Source: Octopus vulgaris (taxonomy: Eukaryota). From it: a stretch of 64,000 nucleotides of DNA. Below, piece after piece: positions 1-12,526 of the stretch. The notes below the pieces were generated by a model. It was not told the DNA's origin and made no database searches. It was given only the letters and a program-made list of their open reading frames with translations. Position numbers and translations under genes: made by a program. Each line of letters begins with the position of its first letter. Position 1 is the first letter of the stretch. The stretch lies in contig OX597825.1 in the NCBI GenBank assembly GCA_951406725.2, positions 75,454,001 to 75,518,000 of the forward strand, read 5' to 3'.

Positions 1-872
1 AACCTCGCCTGCGTAAGGAAAACTGGAATAAAAATCCCTTTGCAAAAGCTGCTTTCTGTTGGTGTTTGGGGAACGTAGAACACCCATATCTCAGTTTTTA
101 TTTAGACCATGTTTTGACTCCGGTACTTTTGTTTGTTGATGACTTTGTGAGTGAACATAAACTGACTGGTATAAAATACTTGAATTACATCATTGATAAT
201 GTAAGCAAAGAAGAACTACGATGGTACAACAGAGATGCTGTCATCTTTGATGCTTTAAAGCATCAGTTATTCACCCAGGAAGAAAGTGTGTTGGAAACTA
301 CATTGTCTTCTCTGCTCTCTATTCTTTCCATTCTAGAAAAACCACCTTCCAAACTAGAAAATATAAGCTATAACCGTTATGATGAAATATTTACCTCAGT
401 CCTGTACAACGCACAAATAGAAAACCAGCTATCATTTCGGCGTGTGTATACTAGTTATATTCCTAAATTCATTCACCTTATGGGAATGACAGTTGTTCGA
501 CACACGAAACAATTTCTACAACTTGTAGAATCTTATTTAGAAATTTATGATGGGCCACACGAAGTTGCTCGGTTAAATGTACTTGCTAGTCTCAAAAGCT
601 TCATTAAAGTTTCATGGCCAAGAATACAACACCATAATGATAAATTGGTAAAAATACTACTCAGGCTTGTCTATGATGTAGCTGTTGAGGACGTCTATGT
701 AATTCCTAATGATGTGAAACAGAAAGTAATCAGTGAAGTTGTAGAGATTTTAGGTATTTTAAGAATGCTGAATAAAGAACGGGTGGAGAATCTTTTGCAT
801 GCTGTCAGCGGAAAATTGAATATTCCTGCATTTCAAGAGGCTGTGGAATCTGTCTTGAATATTTGTATTTAA
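1..872 (+). CDS. TTI2: TELO2-interacting protein 2 (TTT complex), C-terminal part; 5'-partial, runs off the window start
   Basis: Frame open from position 3 to TAA at 870-872: PRLRKENWNKNPFAKAAFCWCLGNVEHPYL...LLFVDDF...YNRDAVIFDAL...YLEIYDGPHEVARLNVL...SWPRI. This matches, from memory, vertebrate TTI2 motifs (W..NP..K..F.W.L; YNRA.V; YLEVYDGPEEEARL; TWPRV). The TTG start at 66 in the ORF track is not the real start. Confidence 0.93.
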   Translation, partial: PRLRKENWNKNPFAKAAFCWCLGNVEHPYLSFYLDHVLTPVLLFVDDFVSEHKLTGIKYLNYIIDNVSKEELRWYNRDAVIFDALKHQLFTQEESVLETTLSSLLSILSILEKPPSKLENISYNRYDEIFTSVLYNAQIENQLSFRRVYTSYIPKFIHLMGMTVVRHTKQFLQLVESYLEIYDGPHEVARLNVLASLKSFIKVSWPRIQHHNDKLVKILLRLVYDVAVEDVYVIPNDVKQKVISEVVEILGILRMLNKERVENLLHAVSGKLNIPAFQEAVESVLNICI

Positions 873-3039
873 TCAAACATTATAACTTCTTTTTGTTTTT
901 GCATTTATAAATGTTGTTTATAAATGTTTATAAAACTTATGGAAGGAGCATCACCCACCATGTGTGTGTAGAATTATATATATGCATACACATATGTGTT
1001 TGTGAGATGTGAAGGTTGCAGTCTACAAGCAGTGTTGTCTCTTCTGCCTACAATTCATCTATTTGCTTTGTGCCTTTGTTAACATCTGCAATAAGAAATT
1101 CCTTACTTGAAAAAACATGTGAGGGTCATCAAAAGAAAAGGATATCCAGCTGTGAAACAATAATATATGCAAGCATGAAAAAGAAACAGACATAAAACAA
1201 ATAAATGTATACAGATAAAGAGGGAAACGGGAAGAATTGAATCTAAAAAAAAAAAGATTAATGGTGGCCCATGTCAAAATCTCAAACAACAACAGGTCCC
1301 AAAAATAAAATGAGAGCAGAAATGTAAAGAAACACTTTGAGGTTTATGAAAACTTACTAATAACTAATTTTCCTCAGATCCTATGGATTTGTGTTAGTGA
1401 CCAAATCATAGAAGTTAGAGAGGGAAATTTCAGTATCTCAGGTACTTAATGAAAAATGATTATAACGGGTTTTGTGTATTCATGTATATACGCATATATA
1501 TATATATGTGTGTGTGTGTGTGAGTATGTGTATTCATAAAAGATTTGTTCAGTACTTTTTCTCTTTGTACATTCTGACACATGGCCATTCTTCTTCCCCA
1601 AAACCTTAATCACACAGGTTAGGTGTTAGACTGCAGGTCTCAACACTCATGTTAATCTTGTAATTTTTCATTTACTTTTTATAAAAATGTATTCAAAAGC
1701 AGCAAATGTGTTATCTCATTATCACCAACGTCTCTTTTGAGCAACCCTCAAATAATGCTTTTCTTGTTGAGATAAAGGACCACTGGTTTTCTATCTTCAT
1801 TTAATGCTACAATCCCTTTCGCTATAATATCTCAGGAAAGGAAAAATCTGACTGCTTGTCTTTGCCAAAGAAGGTGGTAGAAGCAAGATTCATGATGGAA
1901 TTGGTTGACAGTAGGGTTTATTCACAGGCATAATCTTGTACTGAGATGATATGGAGGTTTGGAAAGAATTCTTAGAAGATATTTAGGTGCTTTTCTTGCA
2001 TCTCATACATTTATATATGATTACTCTTTCAAACGTATAACACTTTACAAACTGATATAGGCAATTTAAGGCCAAAAATTTTGATTCTTAATCACTGGAC
2101 TTTGATTTGAGATTCTTCAGAGAAAGAAAGGATAAACAGTGCCATTTTAGCATGAGAAATGACCTGATCTGGGTTAGGATTTAGGTTTAGGGTTCAGGGT
2201 TAGGTTTAATTTTCATGTTAAAATGTAAATGTAGACTGCACACTAAAGTAGCACTGGCTAAAAAGCGCTTCTTTGTTAATTGATTCTAGCAATGAGTATT
2301 TACTTGTTCTGTGAACTGAACAGTTTACACATTGAATAATGAGTTAGTGTATGTAAGTGGCTGAGTATTCCACAGAGATGTATAACATAATGTAATCCTC
2401 AGGAAAGAATCAGTGTGACAAAGTGTATGATAACGCTTAAGTTTTAAAATAAACTCTCAATCCACCATACCGGATCCCACACGGTTTTCATCAACCCAAT
2501 TTCACTCACATGGCTTGGGTCGATATGACACCATCATAAAAAAAAGAAAAATGCTAAAGATGTCAGGCAGTGGGATCGAACCTGGCTGATCATGATTACG
2601 TAGTGGACTTCTTAACACTTCAACCATACTATTGATGAAAATATAAATTCCCGTACATACACTTAGTAAAGGGAGTTAACTCTAAAATTTCAATTTGCCC
2701 ACTTCTCTTCTACAGTGTTTTGCAACATTTTACTATCGAAATCCATTTTAACAAATTATTAATTCTCTTTCATCCCACCTTAAAAAAATATATTCAAATG
2801 AAAATTAAAATTTCTGAAAATTTAATAAAATTAATATCTGATACTTTTCGTGGACAAAACTTCCTCTGTTCTGTCTGCTGTAAATGTATGTTGCCAATAG
2901 TTTACTGTGTAACGTGTGTGTATGTGTGGTCGTGCCGATGTTTACATTCCAAGTATCTTTGCATGACACTGTTTTAAGAGACAATGTCATGTTTACATCC
3001 CATATCAACAATATCTGCAATATATTAACAGTTTCAACA

Positions 3040-4310
3040 CGAGAAGGCCAGCAAGCTTTAAGAGAAGGGGCAAGTAGATTACATTAACTCCAGTACTTGA
3101 CTAGTAATTTATTTTATCGACCCCAAAAAAGGTGAGTGACAAACTTAATCCTGGCAGAATTTGAACTTGGAAGGTAAAGAATCAGAAGAAATGCCACTAA
3201 ATGATTTGTCCAATCCACTAATGGATCTGCCAACATGCTGCTCTAATGATAATGATGATGATGATAATAATAATAGTAATAATTGTTTTTGGTTTAGGCT
3301 CAAGAGCAGCAGTTTCAAGGGGTAGAGGTTGGTCATATGAGTCAACACAAGATCTATTTATTTTTTCAGCCCCAGCAGGATGGAAGGCAAAAATATTCTT
3401 ACCATGATTTGAAACCAGAGTGTAAAGAGCTGGCAGAAATACTGCAGGGCTTTTTTTTACTAGGCACTAAAAATTCTGCTGTCTCCCCACCTGTGGAATA
3501 ATAAAGATAATAATAATCCTTTCTACTATAGACACAAGGCTTGAAATTTTCAGAGAGGGGGTGGTCCGTTGATTAAACCAAGCCCAGTACTCAAATTTCA
3601 AAGAATGAAAAGCAAAGTTGACCTCAGTGGAATTTGAACTCAGAACGTAGTGACGGGCGAAATACCGCTAAGCAGTCTGTCCAGCATGTTAACGATTCTG
3701 CCCACTCACCACCTTAGTAGTAATAATAATAATAAAAATAATAATCTTTTCTACTCTAGGCAGAAGGCCCGAAAATTTGCAGGAGGGAGTCAGTCAATTA
3801 GATTAACCCCAGTACAAATTGTTATTTTAGTGGGCAGGAGATAGTTGATTACATCAACTCCTGTTCTCAACTGGTTCTTAATTTAGCAACCCCCGAAAGG
3901 ATGAAAGGCAAAGCCAGCTTCAGTGAAATTTGAACTCAGAATGTAGTGACAGGTGAAATACCACTGAGCACTAACATTTCTGCCAGCTTGCTGCCTTTAA
4001 TAATAATATTAATAATAATGATAATTTTTATTATTAGGTCAACTACCTTTCATCCTTTCAGGGTTGATAAAATAAGTACCAGTTAAACACTGGGGTTGAT
4101 GTAATCAACTCATCCCCTCCCCAAAATTGCTACCCTTGCAGAAAAATTTGAAACCATTATTATTGTTGTTTCAGAAATTTTAGTGGGAGGTTGATAGTTG
4201 ATTATATCATTACATCAACTCCTGTCCTCAACTGGTACTTACTTCATCAACTCTGAAAGAATGCTAGGCAAAGTCAACCACAGCAGAATTTGAACTGAGA
4301 ACAATAATTA
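3040..4310. mobile_element. Cluster of degraded tRNA-derived SINE fragments (family with the GCCTTTCATCCTTTCGGGGTCGATAAAATAAGTACCAG core)
   Basis: Repeated GGAATTTGAACTCAGAA (B-box, reverse orientation) and GGATGAAAGGCAAAGT segments separated by (TAA)n tracts; a forward-orientation core at ~4045-4100; same family as 14371-14720. Confidence 0.7.
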
Positions 4311-5600
4311 TACTAATTATGTGTTTATTGTATCCAGTACTCAGGTTCATTGAAACTTGTCAGAAAAGGGCAAAAGAGGGAACAGACAGAAGCAATAAGT
4401 CGAGGAAAAAAAGACAGCAAAGATATCCAAAGGTGCCAGCAGAATACACAGATAAAACACAAGACAGAAAAGTGAACAGTTAAAGAGCCATACACTGGAA
4501 AGGGTGCATCTGTACATCAGAGTTAATGCTGGTGAATTTTGTGAAGGATGGAATTTTTGGAGGATGCAGTGTCCTGACAATTAATAACTGACACAAGCTG
4601 TTTATTTCATGCCTTGACAATTCTGAGCATAAAAAAAAAAAGTGCTCAACCGATGCTAGCATGGAAAATATGGATGTGTAACAAAAAGTAATAGAAATAT
4701 GAATATTTTATTTTGGATTAATTATTTCCAGATTAAAAAAATGTTATCTTTGTAACTTTGACGATTATACTTCCAACCATTGTTTGATAACCACAGCCCC
4801 GCAGAGTTCAGTGAGGTGAAATTTAGAATTATGAAATGGTAAAAATGAAATACTTCACAAAGAAATATCATACATGCAAATCCAAATTTTATTCTGAATT
4901 AGATTTATATTTCTGATTTACAAATCATAAATAAATATAACACTCAAATATGATTCATTGAATTCATTAAGACAAACCCAAGAGGTACTATGTGAATTTA
5001 TGAACTTGCTAGAAATCACAGCATTCGTACACTTTTATATTACCATTCTAGTCACTCTTCAATCCACAAAGAAGCAAATGGATTTTTTCTTGCATATTAT
5101 TATTTTTCAAAAATATAAAAAATGGAAAATAATACATCCTGTTATAGGTACAGGAATTCCTTTTGGGTTTGAAAATTTGCTTACTATATGAAAGTGAGTG
5201 TACATGTTCGAATGTGGGCATGTGAGGTTATGTTTTTGGTGTATGAGTCTGTATGTTCACACGTTTCTCTCCATCTGTGTATCTATAGATGTAAGTGTTT
5301 CTCTCTAGAACACTCCTTACGCAATATCCTAATTTTCATTTCCATTTTAAGTTTCATCACTTTTGTATTGAACATAATTAGTCACCAATTTATAAGTAGC
5401 TGATTGTTGAATTAAATATTGCATCACCTTAACTGAAAAAAATTTAACATTTATTTGAAAACATTGATAATTACATACAGCTGCCCGTCTCTTTCTCTCC
5501 GTCTCTTTGCTTCAAAATTAGTTTATCTTTAAGGACCATTCTTATCAATTTGTCTTAATTTCAACAAGTATCTATTTATTGGTTGACCTGTCTGTCTGCT

Positions 5601-5655
<55 letters not shown>

Positions 5656-5858
5656 CTATTTATCTCTCTCTATCTCACGGTCTGTATGTCCATTCATCTG
5701 CCCATCCATCCGTTGATCTATCTATCTGTCCATTTGTCTAGCTACATTTCTATGCATGTACGTATGGTGGAATAAATATATCTCTCATACATGCTTGTTT
5801 TTATGATCTATACATATCTATTTATCTATCTGTCTATAGATGTTTATGTATACATGTA

Positions 5859-5902
<44 letters not shown>

Positions 5903-5904
5903 AA

Positions 5905-7475
5905 ACCTGTTGAGGGCCACTGACCAGATTTGTGGATGGTACAAAGTCCCCTCTCAACTCAAGGTAACGTGGTGGTAGAACAATGTAGTTGACAGGGCCA
6001 TTAGGGAAAAGAAACAGGCATGGAAGGGCTAGAAAAACGGTGGTAGCAGAGAATTGTATCAGATTGCCACAAGGGAAGCTAAGAGACAGGTTTATTTAGC
6101 CAGAGGGTAAAAAAAAAGATGAGAAAAAAATTTGCCAATGCTCTGTGTTGTGAGGACCAAAGACTTGAGGTGTTTTGTGTTGCGAGACAGTGTGTGAGAA
6201 AGAATCGTGATGTCATAGGATATAATTGTCTACATAGATGACTTGCATTTAATGAGGCTGCAAAGAGAGAGAGAGACTTGGAGACACCACTATGAAAGGT
6301 TGCTAAATGAAGAGAATGAATGGGAGAAAGAGAGTCTGCCAAATGTTGACCCAACAGAGCGACAAGCTTTCTGAATTGACAGCACCTTGGTAGATAAAGC
6401 AATTAAGGTATGAAGACAGAGAAAGCCCCTGCCCCATCAGGAATCACCGCAGAGATGCTTAAAATATCTAGTGGTGTAGGCTATAGTCAACCTGGTGATA
6501 GATGAAGGAGTCATACCCAATGACATGTGTAGCTGCACCATAATCTGCTACAAAGGTAAAGGTGATGCATTGGAAACAAATAATTACAGAGGTATTGCTG
6601 GATCAGGTAATGAAAGTCATGGAGAGGGTCAGTCTAGCTGGGATGCAGTTTGGGTTTGTACCAGGGAAAAGCACCACTGATGCTATATTTCTGGTGAGAC
6701 AGCTGCAGGAGAAATACCTGGCCAAAGATAAACCTCTGTACCTGGCTTTTGTTGACATGGAGAAAGCCTTTGACAGGGTCCCTCCGATCCCTTATCTGGT
6801 GGTCAATGAGGAAACTAGGGATAGATGAATGGTTAGTGAGAGCTGTGCAAGCCATGTACAGGGATGCTGTCACTAAGATGAGGGTTGGCAACAAGTACAG
6901 TAAAGAATTCCGGGTAGAGGTAGGCGTCCAGCAAGGTTCACCAAGGCAATGACAAGTGACCAAGTCCTTTGGAGATATGTTGTGCTTGAGAAGACCAAGT
7001 GAGACCATAACAGTGGCCTGTGTGGCAATGCTGTATAACCAGCCCATTTAAGAGTACCCTTCAATCATTAGATAATAAACTTTGCTTACGAAGACCTGTT
7101 GAGGTAAGTGAAATTGTTGTCATGGCTGATTACAGTGCCACCTGATTGGCACCTGTGCCAGTGGAGTGTTAAAAGCATCATTCAAGCATGATCGTTGCCA
7201 GTGCCGCCAGACTGTCTCCTGTGCAGGTGGCAGGTCAAAAGCATCATTTGAGCATGGCCGATGTCAGTACTGCCTGACTGGCCCTCATGCCGGTGGCACG
7301 TAAAAGCACCCACTACACTTTTGGAGTGGTTGGCATTAGGAAGGGCATCCAGCTGTAGAAACTTTGCCAGATCAGATTGGAGCCTGATGCAGCCATCTGG
7401 CTTGCCAGCCCTCAATCAAACCATCCAACTCATGCCAGTATGGAAAGCAAACGTTAAATGACGATGATAATGATG
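5905..7475 (+). mobile_element. Degenerate RTE-clade LINE fragment (RT region) plus 3' UTR and (TGA)n tail
   Basis: ORF pieces YKGKGDALETNNYRGI and MQFGFVPGKSTTDAIFLVRQLQEKYLAKDKPLYLAFVDMEKAFDRV, with frameshifts and stops; 3' tail motif GGCATTAGGAAGGGCATCCAGCTGTAGAAAC and TGA repeats at ~7458-7475. Confidence 0.88.
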
Positions 7476-7705
7476 ACAAACAAACACACAGAGCTTTTCA
7501 ATGTATATACACACACATACATACATACACATATATATATATATGCATACAAACATAAATATATACACACACATGCATGTGCATATATATATATATATAT
7601 ATGCACACATATACATATATATACACACATTGCATACATGTACATATGAATAGGTTAGTACAGTTATGTAGGTGTATATGGTCACATGGTATGTGTGTGT
7701 GTGTG

Positions 7706-7749
<44 letters not shown>

Positions 7750-7867
7750 CATACCATATGTGTGTGTTTATAAGTGCATGTATATGTATGTTTGAGTAGG
7801 TATGTGTATGCAGGTGCATGTGGTATTTATGTATATGTAGGTATGTGTGTGTATATGTTGTGCTAGG

Positions 7868-9540
7868 TAGATGCTATATTTCTGGTAAGGCAACTGCAGG
7901 AGAAATACCTACCCAAAGATAAACCTCTGTACTTGGCTTTTCTTGACTTGGAGAGAGATTTTAACAGAGCCCTCCAATCCCTTATTTGGTGGTCAATGTG
8001 GAAATTAGGGATAGATGAGTGGTTGGTGAGAGCCATACAAGCTTTGTACAGGAATGCTACCCTTAAGGTGAAGTGGTGGTGGTGGGGTGATGAGTACAGT
8101 GAAGAATTCAGGGTACAAGTAGGGCTTCACCTCTTGTTAATCTTATTGCCCACCAGGCAATAACAGAGGAATTCAAGACAGGATGTCCCTGGGAGCTCCT
8201 CTATGCTGATGACTTTGCTCTTATAAGCTGAATCACTACCTGAGCTAGAGAAGAAGTTCTACGTATGGAAACATGGTCTAGAATCAAAGGGCCTTAGAGT
8301 GAACCTAGCAAAAATCAAAGTTATAGTAAGTAGGGAGGCAGACAAATCACAAATCCATTCAGGTAGGTGGCCCTGCTCAGTCTGTAAAACAGTATAGGTA
8401 GAAACTCCATAAGATGCACCCAGTATAAGCTTTGGACACACAAAAGGTGCAGCAACATCAAAGGAAGGTTAATGAAGAAACTAACTTTTATATGTGGAAG
8501 GTGCACAGGCACAATAAATGCTGAACATGTGCAGAATATGGACTCCATCAACTGCCAGGTGGGGACAAGCTAGAAGTAGTAGATAGCTTCCGGTATCTAG
8601 GTGACCAAGTTAGTAGTGGAGGTGGATGTTCCGAGATTGTAGCTGTGAGAATATGATTAGGCTGGGTAAAGTTCAGAGATCTCCTATCCTTGCTGGTAAG
8701 AAATGGCCTCTCTCTCAGAGTGAAATACAGATTGTTTGATGCCTGTGTGCAAACAGTTATGTTGCATGGCAGTGAAACATGGGCTATGACAGCTGAGAAC
8801 ATACATAGGCTCTGAGAAATGAAACCAGTATGCATATTTGAGAGTGTGTAAGCATCTTGAGAGAAAAGTTAGGCATAAGAGGACTCAGATGTGGTGTGCA
8901 AGAGAGATGACTACACTGGGTATGGTCATGTGATGCATATGGATGAGGACAGCTGTGTAAAGAAGTGCTGATCTCTAATTGTAGTTGAGGTAGCCCCAGG
9001 AAGACATGGGATGAGGTGGTGAAGCATGATCTTCAAACTTTGAGCCTCACAGAGGCAATGATTAGTGACTGAAATCTTTGGCAATGCACTCTACTTAAGA
9101 AGACCCATTAAGCCAAATGCACCCATGCTGGTGCCACGTAAAAAATCAGTCTTTGAATGTTGGGCCACATGGAGGCAAAGTGGCTGAGTTCCTTTCAAGC
9201 ATTGGGCCTCATGGAGGCAAAGTGGCCAGGTTCCTTTTGAGTGTTGAGCCTCACAGAGGCAATGACCAAGACCCTTGGCATTATGTCGTGCTTCAGAAGA
9301 AGACTCATCAAGCCAAGCAAAATCACAGTCATAGCATACCAGTGTCACACAAATTGACACATAAATGCATCCTGGTGTCATGCAAATGGCACCTTGCTTT
9401 TACGTGCCTGGCTCCTGTACCAGTGGCACGTAAAAGCACCCATTACACTCACAGAGGGGTTGGCATTAGGAGGGGCATCCAGCTGTAGGAAACCATGCCA
9501 AATCAGACCGGAATCTGGCACAGCATGCCAGCTCAGTCAA
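7868..9540 (+). mobile_element. Degenerate RTE LINE 3' half (RT with LLYADD motif, Cys-rich insert, 3' UTR)
   Basis: GAGCTCCTCTATGCTGATGAC (ELLYADD) at ~8193-8213; LEVVDSFRYLGD; 3' UTR repeats shared with other copies in the window. Confidence 0.88.
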
Positions 9541-9739
9541 ATCACAAAGCGAATTATTTATCAACTTGGTGTTTATAAGAATGGGGAGATTAAAAGTAAA
9601 CTTAAGTCATCCATACCTTCAAGTAAATTTAGTTAAATTAATGGTTACTCAAAATACATTCTCACTGCATTGTGCAAAAGTACATTTATATGCATGTAAG
9701 CATCTTGAGAGTCATTCAGAAATTCTATTATCTTCTAGT

Positions 9740-10175
9740 TAGTCCACAGAATAGACAGGGTTTGTTGTCAGCAATGGTGGTAACTCCCTGAACTTCCACC
9801 AAACTGTTCTTAATCTGGTTATTATACTTTCATTGCAACTGCTTCCTTTTTTAATTACGTCTAAGAAATATGAGTTATCAACTACTTGCATTGAGCCATC
9901 TGGACACTTAAGAGAAACGATTTCCTGTAAACAGCTACATGTTGCTTCTGTGCATCTATCACATATGAAGCTTACATTCCTTGATAGCCTGCCTACGATT
10001 CCACTACAACTCTTGTCTGTCCATAGCTTACACTGAGTGTAGCAAATGGAATTTATGTTTACTCCTTTTCTGTATATTGAGCAGTGCAATTTCCCTGAGG
10101 GTATCAGGATCTTGTCTTGTTTCCTACTTGCTAAAACCTTCGTCTTTGCTCGGTTTACTATAAGCTCCTTTAATT
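9740..10175 (-). mobile_element. RTE LINE RT fragment with Cys-rich finger
   Basis: ORF 9739..10245: VNRAKTKVL...CSIYRKGVNINSICYTQCKLWTDKSC...FICDRC...WWKFRELPPLL. Confidence 0.8.
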
Positions 10176-10686
10176 CTAGATTTATCTTACAGAAATAAAC
10201 AAACAGAAGGATGTTAATGAAGAGGAGAATATCAATTTTGAACACTGAAACAATACAACATTGTTTTGTGTTTCGTCATGGTGAAGTACCTTAATATAAG
10301 TATCATGCAGTAGGATACCAATGAAGTAAGACATAAGTGTCCGGAGTCAGCATCTAAACAGGATCTTTGATATCCTTAATTTAGTATAATTGAAATTGAG
10401 ATAATTTGAATGCATGAATCATGTAGAGACAGGCGGAAAGAGAGGGAAACAAGGATAGTGAAGTGTTTTGTTCAAGGATATTCTTGCTATAGGATATAAA
10501 GCACAAATATTGAGATTTATATCTATGGAAGTCAAACATCAATTATTCCATTGTGAATATAGTTTTTCTATTTTAATGTAGCTTCCCAACTGTGTGATTT
10601 TGGGTTCAATTCCATTGTGTGGCACTTTGAGTAATCTGAAAGAAGCTTTTCACGTATGTGCATCTGTATGTGTATGTGTGTGTGTG

Positions 10687-10883
10687 TATTAAAAATGGGG
10701 AAGGCCAGTTTATGGGATTATCTTAGGTTTTCCGTCCATAAGGGGTTTAGCTTTATGGTGAATCATCATATCCCAAAATCCTGTTGGCCCATGATTTCTC
10801 CTGATAATTCATCATAAAGCTAAACCCTTTATGGATGGGAGACCTAAGGTAATCCCATAAAACGGCCTTCCCCATTTTTAATA
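10687..10883. repeat. Fold-back (MITE-like) palindrome with ~80-bp arms
   Basis: TATTAAAAATGGGGAAGGCC...TTTATGGGATTA...GGGTTTAGCTTTATG is mirrored by CATAAAGCTAAACCC...TAATCCCATAAA...GGCCTTCCCCATTTTTAATA. Confidence 0.85.
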
Positions 10884-11064
10884 TATACTACTCTACATCT
10901 TAAAGTGTGCTTCTTCTTTCGGATTTATGTTTTTTACAAACGATATATATAAATAATATATATATGTATGCATCTATATATGCATGTATGTATGTGTGTG
11001 TGTGTGTGTGTGCGTGTGTAGATGTATGTATGTATGTATGTATGTATATATGTATGTATATACA

Positions 11065-11252
11065 CTTTTACTGTTTCAGTCATTTGACTGTGGCCATGCT
11101 GGAGCACCGCCTTTAGTCAAGCAAATCGACCCCAGGTCTTATTCTTTGTAAGCCTAGTACTTATTCTATTGGTCTCTTTTGCCAAACTGCTAAGTTACAG
11201 GGACGTAAACACCAGCATCGGTAGGCAAGTGATGTTGGAGGGACAAACACAT

Positions 11253-11297
<45 letters not shown>

Positions 11298-11465
11298 TAT
11301 ATACGGCGGGCTTCTTTCAGTTTCCGTCTACCAAATCCACTCACAAGGCTTTGGTCGGCCTGAGGCTATAGTAGAAGACACTTGCCCAAGGTGCCACGCA
11401 GTGGGAATGATCCCGGAACCATGTGGTTGGTAAGCAAGCTACTTACCACACAGCCACTCCCATGC
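11065..11465 (-). mobile_element. tRNA-derived SINE with internal (TA/CA)n tract (family A)
   Basis: Reverse complement of the copy at 59560-59968; head GGAGTGGCTGTGTGGTAAGTAGCTTGC...; tail GCGGTGCTCCAGCATGGCCACAGTCAAATGACTGAAAC. Confidence 0.88.
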
Positions 11466-11480
11466 CTATTTATATATATA

Positions 11481-11635
11481 TGGTTGTGTGGTAAGAAACT
11501 TGCTTCCTAACCACATGGTCTCAGGTTCAGTCCCATTGCATTGCTCCTTGAGCAAGTGTCTATAACTAGAGCCTTGGGCCAACCAATGCCTTGTGACTGG
11601 ATTTGGTAGACAGAAACTGAAAAAAGCCTGTTGAG

Positions 11636-11672
<37 letters not shown>

Positions 11673-11675
11673 ATA

Positions 11676-11706
<31 letters not shown>

Positions 11707-11962
11707 CTGTGTGTGTGTGTGTGTTTATTTATGTGTGTGCATATCTTTGTGTCTGTGTTTGTCCCCCACCAGTGCTTGACAACCAGTATTGGTGTGTTTA
11801 AGTACCTGTAACTTAGAAGTACAGCAAAAGAGACCAATACAATAAGTACCAGACTTTAAAAAAATAAGTATTAGAGTTGATTCGTTTGACTAAAAACAAT
11901 AATTCAAAGTGCTACCATAGCATGGCCACAACCAACTGACTGAAACAAATAAAGGATAAAAA
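11481..11962 (+). mobile_element. tRNA-derived SINE family A, older copy
   Basis: TGGTTGTGTGGTAAGAAACTTGCTTCCTAACCACATGG...GGTTCAGTCCC...GGATTTGGTAGACAGAAACTGAA...CATGGCCACAACC...ACTGAAAC. Confidence 0.85.
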
Positions 11963-12288
11963 TTGTATGTATGGATGGATGGATGATTTGGATAGATAGA
12001 TAGATGGATGGATGGACATATGTGCGTGTATGTGTGTGTGTGTGTGTGTGTGTGCGTTGATTGTACGTCCTTATCTTGATGCCACAGGATAGTTATAATG
12101 GGTGTGACCACCATACAAAGTCCCTCATTTCCAGTTTTCCGTGGAAACATTTCTGGCTATGGGGAAATATTACCTTGCTTGGAAACAGGTGAATGTTGGC
12201 AACAGGAAAGGCTTCTGGTTGTAGAAAATCTGCCTCAGTAAATTCTGTCCGATCCATACAAGCATGGAAATGTAGACGTTAAAGAGAG

Positions 12289-12526
12289 GATGGTGGTGGT
12301 GGTGGTGGTGGTGGTGTTGTTGTTGGTGGTGGTGATGGTGATGTTGGTGGTGGTGGTCGTGATGATGATGATGATGATGATGATGGTGATATTGGTGGTG
12401 GTCGTGGTGGTGGTGGTGATGATGATGGTGATGATGGTGATATTGGTAGTGGTGGTGGTGATGATGATGATGATGATGATGGTGATATTGGTAGTGGTGG
12501 TGGTGATGATGATGACGATGATGATG
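12289..12526. repeat. Compound (GGT)n/(GAT)n trinucleotide microsatellite
   Basis: Read directly; source of the poly-His/Val/Pro ORFs in the track. Confidence 0.95.

Noticed and set aside
2168-2208. Degenerate TTAGGG-like repeats downstream of TTI2 (similar tract at ~18346-18390)
   Set aside because: Only about six imperfect units; such tracts are common in transposon interiors, and the proximity to a TELO2-partner gene is probably coincidental.
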